The translations under genes and the position numbers were made by a program. The notes beneath the pieces are model-generated. The model had not been told where the DNA came from. It searched no databases and saw nothing but the letters and a program-made list of their open reading frames with translations. Shown piece by piece: positions 54,005 through 64,000 of a stretch of DNA of 64,000 bases. Source of the DNA: Octopus bimaculoides (taxonomy: Eukaryota); contig NC_068983.1 of the NCBI RefSeq assembly GCF_001194135.2, positions 25,384,399 to 25,448,398 of the forward strand, read 5' to 3'. Numbering within the stretch: the first letter of the stretch is position 1; each line of letters opens with the position of its first letter.

Positions 54005-54531
54005 TTGCCTGCACCTTTCGCTCTCTCTCTTTCTCCCCCCTCTCTCTCTCACTTATATACACACACACATTTTAATTAAAAGGTCGTTGCTTTAAGCAGT
54101 TTTACGTATATATAAAAAAAACATATGCTCCTTAGAAAATTAAAGTGTTAAAGCTATAGTCAAATACAGTATAAAATATATTTTGATGTATCCTTTACAT
54201 TTTACATACATACATGCATACATACATACATACAAACATACATACATATATACATGCATACATATACATATATATATATATGAATGTATGTATATAAAGA
54301 ATGGGGTGTGCGTGTTTTCCTTACTTTTGGGTTTCATGTGACGATCATCCAGTTTTTCGATATGTTGAGCGACCACAATGAATTTGTACGTAAAGTGGCT
54401 GAATATTGCAAAGAGAAGCGTGTCCGTAATGTCCTTAAGTTAATTCACAAATCGAATCACCCTGTCACATTGCAACGAGACTGAAGCCTTGAATATTCGT
54501 TCAACAGATATCTGCATAACTTCATTCTGCT

Positions 54532-54757
54532 CATAAACAATATGAGCGATCACTATATGGATCGCTTGTATGATAAAAATAAACGTCAAACCGTGTTAGC
54601 ACTAAATCTCTGTTCTCAACTTAATAATACTCTAGATGTTTACGCTCGTAAACATCTGGCGTGTTACTAATGTGAGAACAGATTTAGTCGTAAGACGGTT
54701 TGACGTCTATTTTTATCATACAAGGGATCCATATAGTGATCTTTCATATTGTTTATG
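54532..54757. repeat. 226-bp almost spacer-less palindrome
   Basis: Arms 54532-54644 and 54647-54757 are ~87% complementary by hand alignment; 2-nt loop. Confidence 0.9.
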
Positions 54758-55161
54758 TTTAAGTAAAAATTCACAGCTGTCGGACTTTTTTAAGTATGCT
54801 GATCACTAGTTGAAAGTGATATTATTTAATACTATTATTTAACATTATTAATTTCTACTCTTATTATTCATTCTACTCAGTTTCATTCAAAAGGGAAGAT
54901 TACCTCCTACTAGGTCTTATCCTTTAGACTTCCTTGCAATTGCTACCAGTGGCTAGCAGTCTTGAGACACTTTGTTGTGACGCAGCATTCATGCCTGTGA
55001 GTGTGACCCGTGTATATATGGTAAAATAAGATAAACTTAATGGCTCTTAATTTTTTATCAAAATAAATGTCTCTAATATACAATAGAAAATGTGATATTT
55101 TAGTGAAGACATTGGAAATGTAAATTACGAAGTAGGAGCTTTAAGCAGTGATATGTATAAA

Positions 55162-55757
55162 TGCAATGTTACTACCAGTTCAAATATGCTAATGGCACGT
55201 TTGGACTAATAAAAATGCCATTCACTGTGTTGTATCATGGAGAAAATTTCTCACTGTTGATTATGGTGTAAATACACCTAGATCAGTTCGCAGCGCCCCC
55301 TTTACAGACTGTGAGATGCAGCATTTCAGAGTAGTTATCTTCTTCTCAGTCACAAACGCTGGGCAGATGGCACTGTGAACTGATCTAAGAGACTGATTCT
55401 CTCATGGCGCCTATGGCTCAGAACACTCTACCAACTAATCTAGGTGTACTTACACTATTGTCAACAGTATTTCGGAGTAGCTATCTCTTCTTCGGTGGCA
55501 GACCCTTGGCAGAGGACACTGCGAAATGATGAAAGAGTAATCGTCTTACTATTTCAGTCATCATGCGATGACTGATAACGCTACGCGGTGGTTCTCCTAA
55601 TTACATTACGAAATCTGGAAGGGGGCGTTGCGAACTGATCTAGGTGTATTTACACCATTCTCAACAGAAAGAAGTTCTCCATGGCGAAACAGAGAGAACG
55701 GCTTTTTAATTAACCCAAATGTGCCATAAGCATATTTAAACCAGTACTAATATTGCA
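55162..55757. mobile_element. Fold-back/MITE-like element with ~145-bp TIRs and internal subrepeats
   Basis: A 40-bp core (55263-55302 vs 55619-55658) has 1 mismatch; outer arms diverged; internal direct repeat 55319-55385 / 55464-55530. Confidence 0.8.
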
Positions 55758-56930
55758 CTGAAAAGGTAATAGAAAAAGAAACTAGTGTATAATTTCAGCT
55801 TTTGATTTCAAATATTTCTAACTTTGATTTCATCCTTGTTTGTTTGACAATTGTTCGACAATGCATTGTCCATTGAAGTTCGAAGATTTGTGACAATATG
55901 CAAAATCAATACATCAGATAGTCACCACCAGTATGTGTGTATGTATTTTCTCTGAATGAGTAGTTCAGTTTCAAATATCGTCCAAAAGGTGCTGGACATC
56001 AGAATTTTTAAGAGGTTAAAAATAAGTTATTGTAGTTTTTTGTTCCAAATCGACGGGATTTGAACTCAGGGCCTTGTCTTTCATTCGTTTACGATCAACT
56101 AAATACCAATCAAGTATTATTCCGTTCACACAAAATATGTCTAAAGTACAATCTACTTCATGTGTGTGCACCTGTATATGTGAGCGTGTATAAATGTATA
56201 TATGTATACACAACCTCAGTCCAGCGTGTAAATATGTATGTACAACGTTGGTCAAGTATTGTATATCAATTTTCCTTATTAGTTTTCCAAAATAATACCT
56301 TAGTTTGATTTGAAACGTTCTGTAAAATGCTTATAGGTCATTCATCATTAGAAAAGTGTCAAAAAAATCACCTGTCAATTTTTAGCAAAGTAATGATTAG
56401 TAGCAAAACTGTTGCCATATATTTATGATGTAAAGTCATTCTACGAAAGACTAATAATGTATTTTCCGAAACTGAACAGTATATTACAAATGAGAATGAT
56501 AGTTCGTTATTTGAAGTGTAATATTTGTCATATCACATATTTCTTCAGCCTTTGAAAGAGAACTATGGGGAACCAGTCAATTCTCCTTCGTTGTAAGTAT
56601 TATGGCCATACGTCGAAGCGGAAATTGCTACTAAATGAGTAATTATATAATAAATAGATTTTATGATATATTGCATATTTGTTTACTTCAACTTCTTTAA
56701 TCATAATAATTGATTTATCTTTTCTGTTCCCGTGTAAAGTATCTGTCAACAAATTACATGTAACAGTTGCTTCTTATATGAAATATGTTTTTAAGCATAT
56801 AAAGAAAATTTTACGGAGAAGGTAGTAATTGATGCCGAGCTGAAGATGTTCAATTCACGCATAGACTGTACGAATTTATCAAGCTGGACTGGCCAGCAGG
56901 GTTTCTTTTAGACACATTTTTATATTGATT

Positions 56931-57141
56931 TCAAATTTGGTACAAGGCCAGCAATTTCAGGGAAGAGATTAAGTCGATTACCTCGACCACAATACTCGAC
57001 TGATACTTATTCTATCGACCCCGAAATGTGGAAAGGTAAAATCAACCACTGCCAAATTTGAACGTAAGAACGTAAAGACGGACACAATCATACAATGCCC
57101 TTAGCCCGCCGTGCTAACAGTATTGTCAGCTCACCACCTTA
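56931..57141 (-). mobile_element. SINE family 2
   Basis: Reverse complement of the family 2 body. Confidence 0.82.
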
Positions 57142-57159
57142 GGTAAAGGTTTAATAGCG

Positions 57160-57370
57160 ATTTCAAATTTTGGCACAAAGCCAGCAATTTCGAGGGATGA
57201 GATAAGTAGATTACACCGACTCCAGTGTTCAACTGTTGCTTACTTTACCAGCCCCGAAAGGGATGAAAGGTGAAGTCCGACATGGCGGCATTAGGACGCA
57301 GAACGTAAGCAAGGATGACATATCACTAAGCATTTTCTGCCGTATGCTATCAATCCTGTCAGGTCACCGC
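57160..57370 (-). mobile_element. SINE family 2
   Basis: Reverse complement of the family 2 body, head-to-tail with the previous copy. Confidence 0.8.
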
Positions 57371-57635
57371 ATTTGTGCTATAGTTTAAATATTTAGAAAT
57401 ATGAAACATTGTAACATTTTGGTTGTCTTCCAGTTTAAGCTTAAACTTCCTCAGTTTGCGGTTTCACTACAATCTTTTTTTTTATATATACTGTTCAATT
57501 GGAGCATGTATAAAGGTCTATACTTTAACATATTACAGACTAATAAGGTACTGTTATCTTTGTGGTATTAGCTTCCCACAAATGTTAACATATTTATGTG
57601 GATTAAAAATTCGTAATATTATTTCACATTTGTGG

Positions 57636-57706
57636 GAAGTTAGCTGTAACATTGTTTTAGAAGTTAGCTGTAACATTGTTTTAGAAGTTAGCTGTAACAT
57701 TGTTTA
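57636..57706. repeat. 24-bp tandem repeat x3 (GAAGTTAGCTGTAACATTGTTTTA)
   Basis: Direct read. Confidence 0.95.
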
Positions 57707-57930
57707 AAAGTTTTGTACAATGCCAGCAATTTTAGACGGGGGAGATAACTCGATTAATTTGACCCGTGCTGATTTTATGGACTCGTTGAAGCTTTATCAA
57801 CCCATTCTGATTTTATTGACCTCTTAAAGATAAAAGTCGTATCGACCACGGTGGAATTTGAAATCAGTATGTAAAGAGCCGAAATAAATTCCTCTAAGCA
57901 CTTTGTCCGACGTACCAACCTTTTAGAGTA
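57706..57930 (-). mobile_element. SINE family 2 (old)
   Basis: Diverged reverse complement of the family 2 body. Confidence 0.7.
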
Positions 57931-59312
57931 AGTTGTAATAATATACTCAGCTGCCATGTATATCTATCAACTGGCTGGTCTGCAGTTTTCATCTCTCCAG
58001 CTACTACATAATTATTTGCTAGTCGATTTCTATACACAAATCGAAGAGAATAAAGTATAGGTAAACCATTTTTTCAAAATAGCTTCTACTATATCTGTGA
58101 TAGTATAATAATCTTTGGATACGATTTTCAGTGTCATTTGCACAACGTCTTCTGCCAGTTTACATCGAACACAATGTCTTTTAAATCAAAATTATGTATC
58201 ATATTTCTCCATTACAAATTTGTAGCATATATTGATAGAAAAAGGCACTTATTATTACAAACTGACAAATGTATGTTTTACCATTATGCACAATCATTCT
58301 GTTTCGAGAAAATTTTGATATTCAGAGAAGATAAAGTGCTAAACGTCTTGACACTAGTCACTTTTTAGAACGTTTTTCTTGTCAGTCGTATCAAATATGA
58401 TAGCAGATATTGGAAAACAAATATGTTGACACGAATTTTGTATGACAATAGTTACATGTTGACTGTAATTAAATATTCACTTCGACGTGAAATCATGCAT
58501 AATTTAACTATATTCAGGAAGAAAAACAAACACTACTACTAATTTACTACTGACTTTGCTGCTGAGAATTACATTACATTTAACTTTAATAATTGACCTC
58601 CATTTTGACGAGTCAATCATTTTCAGATTCAAAATTTTATAAAAAGAAAACAAGTCTATACAGAATTAAAGAAATACAATAGTTTTCATTGAGATTGTTT
58701 CATCATGTCGTACACTTGAAATGTGTCCATAATAGAATCATGAAATTGACGCTTTCCCTTTACTAATGGCATTCGGCCAGCTTGTAGAGTCTATACTTTG
58801 CCATTTATATAGTAATGATTATATGAGCAGCAAGATATTGTAAATGAATAAATATACAGCAGAATATCGCTGCAAGTGAAACACATTACTATACCATTGA
58901 GGACAGAACTTTTATATCACATATGTTATCTGAAATGTGTCTGTAATAATACAATTTTCGGACAGTTGTGAAAAGTAGAAAAAACGATAAGAATTGATGG
59001 AAAATTGATAATGTTCCTGTTTTTCAAAGTGACTATAGCCGTTATATAATAAAATAACATTTTATTTTAGTGTGAATGTTAAGTAGGAGGATATCATTTA
59101 CTTGCTAAACAGTTTTTTAATCATACTTCCTTTGACGTATACAGGCGAAAATTGTCTGAAATGAAAGTTATATATCAAAACATAGGTCTTATTCAATAGT
59201 AACATAGTTTTCCTAATCTTGTAACATCCTAAAAGGAACAGCATTTGTCTCACTACTAATGAAAATATACGGGCGAGTTAAGATAAAAATATCAAGTTAT
59301 GTTTAATGTATG

Positions 59313-59345
<33 letters not shown>

Positions 59346-59669
59346 NNNNNNNNNNNNNNNNNNNNNNNNNNNNNNNNNNNNNNNNNNNNNNNNNNNNNNN
59401 NNNNNNNNNNNNNNNNNNNNNNNNNNATAATAGTAATTAAGGAGTATCATGAACTCTTGTGTTGTCATTTTTCTCCCCCTAAAAATCAGTAGCAAACCAG
59501 AATGAAGCTGCTGAAGGAAATAAAATAATTATTTAATTATAGAGTAGTTTTTGCTATTTGTACAATATTCATTTCGTGCTTTCCAACCACATACTGACAA
59601 TGAATAAATAGAAATAATGTACTCAAAGCAGCATTCTGCTATTTTCATACCTTCACATACGAAATGATT

Positions 59670-60846
59670 ATCTAATATTGCTGCCGATTAGTCCTTTTCA
59701 AAGCAATGGCAATACAATTTAATGGAAATATATATTCAAAATAGCTGGAAACGTGTACAATTCTATAAATTTTAGAAACGATTATCAGCTTCAGTATACT
59801 ATTACTTCATTCGATTACATCAGCCATAACGTCGTTTGAATCAAGAAATATTTGGAGCCAAAGCCTCCCATAAAAAAAAAAAACTATTTGGGCGTCATGT
59901 TTTATAGTCGCATACACCTTTAATGCATGAATAGCTCTAAGAGGTGACCTCAAATCTGAAGGCACATAGAACTGAGTACCCCCAGTATTTCACAGAAATT
60001 TCAGTAATTGCTTCGCTTTTAGAACTCGCACAACTGCAGTTCAGGTGGAACAACTCGTTAGAACAGAAGCGTAAAACTGGTGAAAGCACTCAATAAAAAG
60101 TGGTTTTGAAATCGACAGAGAAGCCTACTGTCACACATCGTTCCAGTGCAAAAAAAATCAAAGTCTGTTGTTGTTTTGAATATCTTACATCAACATGTAC
60201 AAGTTCCTTCTGAAAATAACCCCAAGAAGAAGATTGACATCATACATTTTTTATATCAAATAGGGCTGGCGTATACGTGCTTGACCAACTGGAAAAATTT
60301 TATTCAGTCAAAGCAAGCAGTAGACGATTGTCAATGCACGTCTTTTATAATATTTTGGATGATGCTCTTATAAACATCTGGGTAATATACACAAGTATCA
60401 GCAATTCGGTCATTTGTCAACGGGAATATATTCAAAAAGTCGATGAAGAAATTAGTGGTGATTCACCTCACGGTCGTTCATGTGCATTCAAACGCCATAT
60501 TGATAAAACATCTGCATCTAGAAATAAAGTCAGGCGTACATGAGTGAAAACAAAATGCCGTAGCAGAGCCACAGAAATGTATGTAGTCTGTAAGGAAACC
60601 TCTGTGTGACAAATGTACGCAAAAACGTTACGATGAATGTTTAGAATTTCAATAACGTCCTTTCTATTTTGTAAGGATAAGTTTCTGTCAAAATATTAAA
60701 CTATTGCCACTAATATCAACAGAAGTACTAAAATTCAATAGATTTATACATTTTACAATGATTTATTTACATCTCCTTTTCTGCTTTTTTTTTCCTTTCC
60801 AATTAAAAACATCTTTCCATCAATTGACGCATCTGGTCGTTAAAGG
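59670..60846 (+). mobile_element. Decayed piggyBac (PGBD-like) transposon 3' half
   Basis: KKSKSVVVLNILH..KKKIDIIHF / GVYVLDQLEKFYSVKASSRR.SMHVFYNILDDALINIWVIY / C-terminal Cys-rich KCR..CK..LCDKC; terminal-like GTCGTTAAAGG. The left boundary is uncertain. Confidence 0.78.
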
Positions 60847-60999
60847 TGGGTGAAAAGTCCGATCCTTCTAGCATTAAATGTGGTAGGTGTATTTCAACAT
60901 GAGATGGCAAATCAGTACCTGGAACGAAATCGGTAGTTATATAAACAATTGAAACTCTAAAGGAAAAAACTTCAATCTCTCTCTCCCTCTCTCAGTTTC

Positions 61000-61044
<45 letters not shown>

Positions 61045-62612
61045 GTGTGTTATGTATGTGTATACACATATATGTATGTGTACACACGAACATAGAAAAA
61101 CATTTTCTTTTTGGACTTTATATTAAGTACATTACACTGGAAAGTATTCTCACTGTTGTTACTCTATTAAGATCCTTCCGAATAATAGAAATATTTGGGA
61201 AAATATAATGGCAATGTAAACAATCTCTATTGTTATTCAGGTTTTGTAAATAATGAAACATTCTTTGCCTATTTTAAGCTAATACATTTAAGTGGCCTAC
61301 TTTAGAACGTGAAAGGCTGGTTTTGTAAACTTATTGTTCTTGTAATACTTTTAACCAAATTGATTTTCTACTTAAGGTTTAACCGAAGGAGATATTAAAA
61401 AAAAAAAAAAATATTGTTTCTAAACATGTTTTACAAGAAGTTCCATATTTTATTTTAGTATCTTTATAACGAATGAAAATATTTATGATCAAAGAATATT
61501 GTCGTAAAAGACAACGTCGGCTTTGTACTTTTTAATATTGTTTTCTAAAATATGCACAATATATTCTTCTTTCTACTGTATGGTATTAAAATATGGAAAT
61601 ATTGAAAGAAATGAATAACCGAATACGAATAATTGCACAACTATTACATAAAAAACATCACAAACGATGAATATACACGAGAAAAAGAAGTATTTTTAGC
61701 AATTACCACTTTTATATGTTTATTAGACTGAATGTGTTGAATATTAAAGAAAATATTACCATAAGTTTAGATTAGAGTGAGGGTAGGGGAAGTAAATATT
61801 TACTGGATAGTATTTCAGTTTGAAATATTTCCGCCGAAATGAAAAAATAAGACCATATTTCTCATTGCATATTCAAATATTATTAATCGAGCAGTAATAC
61901 TTGTTTAGAGATGTTATAACAATAGTAATTTGTTGAAAAACGTGGTGAAAATCACTTACAAAAATGTTTAGTTTATGGAAATTGTAACGTATAGTTATTG
62001 GAATATATGCTGTGAGGGATGGCAATTATAAATATTAGAAATTGCAAATAAGATAGAAGATAAATATAGCGTGATAGGCTTAAAATTGATCTTTTAGCTA
62101 CATCGAAACAAAAAAATACGCATTTACATGTTTTTATCACGCAGAGGAAGTTACATATATATATATCCATCCATCCATATATCCATCCATCCATCCATAC
62201 ATACATACATACATACATGCATATATACATACATGCATACATACACAAACATACATAATACACACACTTACACGCATAAACATATATATACATACACAAA
62301 CATATATATATATATACATAAATATATTTTTTAAAAAATATCTCTCTTGAAATGAAAATATAAATTCCTTGAAGACTATGTTTTTCAAAAACAAATGCAG
62401 AAATGGTTTCAGACTCACGGTTCATATTTCATTAACTCACCAAAAATAAAGAAAAAATAAGGTGCATAAATTTGTCCGCTAATTCATTCTTGTCTAAATA
62501 TACTTCCCAGTAAATTTATCGCAATTATTTTAATGGTGGAAATGCCTTACTAATCTCAAACTTGTATTTAAATACACATAATCTTAAATAATTAGTAAAT
62601 TAAATGTTATTA

Positions 62613-62668
62613 TCTATCATTAGATGATCTATCATTAGATGATCTATCATGAGGTGATCTATCATTAG
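62613..62668. repeat. 15-bp tandem repeat x~4 (TCTATCATTAGATGA)
   Basis: Direct read. Confidence 0.92.
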
Positions 62669-62916
62669 CATTTCCTTTTCCATGCCCACTCTCAGATTAT
62701 TCGATGTTCAGTCTCTTGTTAGCAATGCTTGAATCAGAAACTTTGATGCTCGAGCTGTTTAAAAGACAAAACAGAATCGATATATATCACAATAATAAGA
62801 GCTTATATACACACGGATTGACACACACATATATACCCATACTTATGTCTACACGCACACACATACGTACACACATACACACACACACACACACAGATGT
62901 AGTTTTCAGTTCGATT

Positions 62917-63110
62917 TAAAGGCCAAGCTGTACCGGCCTTTGCTTTTTCCTTGGACAACATCAGTGCCGTGGAGAGCAGTCGCTGGTATGTAAGGTCAAC
63001 GGATTGTCTTCCACAGACAACCTTGGCCGGACTTGTGCCTCAGAGAGGAACTTTCTAGGTGCAATCCCGTAATCATTTGTGATCGAAGAGTGTCTTTACT
63101 CTTTACCCTC
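62917..63110 (+). mobile_element. Fragment of a dispersed retroposon-like repeat
   Basis: aaccttg.ccggacttgtgcctc.gag.g.aactttctaggtgcaatccc recognised from memory as an octopus repeat; single copy here. Confidence 0.45.
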
Positions 63111-63320
63111 CCCTCTCTCTCTCTATATATATATATGTTCGAAAAATACCGTATTATTTTACAAAGGTTGTTTAATGAGCTTATGGTATTTAAGGAAAGA
63201 TTACTTCTTTCTGCTAGAAGAAAAGTAATCAATATATTGAGAGAAATATATTGTTTTCTACCTACGTGTGTTAAAACAATATCTCTTGTATTCATTTTCA
63301 TTCATTGAAATTATATTATA

Positions 63321-63743
63321 CTCTTGGCACAAGGCTCGAAATTTTTGGAGATGGGGCTAGTCGATTAGATCGACCCCAGCACGCAGCTGGTATTTAATTC
63401 ATTGCCCCCGAAAGGATAAAAAGCAAAATCAACCTAGGTGGAATGGGAACTCAGAACGTAAAGACAGACGACACACCGCTAAACAATTCGCTAGGCGTGC
63501 TAACGTTTCTTATTTCTTTATTGCCCACAAGGGGCAAAACATAAAGGGGACAAACAAGGATAGACAAAGTGATTACGTCGATTACATCGACGCCAGTTCG
63601 TAACTGGTATTTAATTTATCGATCCCGAAAGGATGAAAGGCAAAGTTGACCTCGGTCGAATTTGAACTCAGAACGTAGCGGCAGACGAAATACCGCTAAG
63701 CATTTCGCCCGGCGTGCTAACGTTTCTGCCAGCTCGCCGCCTT
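63321..63743 (-). mobile_element. Dimeric SINE family 2
   Basis: A full monomer (63743-63511) is fused to a second monomer that lacks its head (63510-63321); both share GGCGTGCTAACGTTTCT. Confidence 0.88.
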
Positions 63744-63885
63744 AATCATTGATATTACATTACAAGTTTTGGCTAAATTCTCACTTGCAATTTGCAACAG
63801 TTTTTCAAACATATTCGTTACACATCACTTTTCTTGAAGCATATTATTGGACTTATGTAGGCACATACATACACACGAACATATA

Positions 63886-64000
63886 TACGTGGTGGGGCTG
63901 AAAATGAGCTGGCATTGGATAAAAGAAAAATGAGGGAAGATAAGTTAATTATGATTTGTTTTCAACATGTTCCCTTCCCAGATTCTCACACATATTGCAG
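63886..64000 (-). mobile_element. Probable mariner terminal region, truncated by the window edge
   Basis: TA+CGTGGTGGGGCTGAAAA TIR-like start; sequence recognised only from memory. Confidence 0.45.

Noticed and set aside
57636-57706. 24-bp direct repeats as a possible CRISPR array
   Set aside because: No spacers, eukaryotic context, no cas genes.

Overview
Eukaryotic, strongly AT-rich, repeat-dense genomic DNA. It is most likely an Octopus short-read scaffold; this is inferred from the SINE/LINE families I recognise and is not database-checked. Nine N-gaps are present (6830-7081, 11986-12243, 13171-13210, 22725-22868, 23784-24202, 43245-43522, 45837-45978, 51694-51869, 59346-59426), nearly all next to microsatellites. 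No intact protein-coding gene, rRNA, true tRNA or CRISPR array can be supported. Most listed ORFs are microsatellite translations or TE fragments. The window holds about 10 decayed R4/Dong-like non-LTR (RLE endonuclease) fragments stacked in trinucleotide arrays, a Tx1/L1 fragment, about 20 tRNA-derived SINE copies from several families, mariner, piggyBac and Helitron remnants, a MITE and a possible solo LTR. The most interesting signal is a roughly 540-nt non-coding, circularly permuted Penelope/retrozyme-like unit (22893-23767). It carries an apparently complete type I hammerhead ribozyme (23043-23120, minus strand), and three other decayed hammerhead-like motifs lie elsewhere in the window. 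Also notable are three long fold-back palindromes, candidate recursive splice sites and a speculative in-phase micro-exon chain. All coordinates were counted by hand and element boundaries are approximate.
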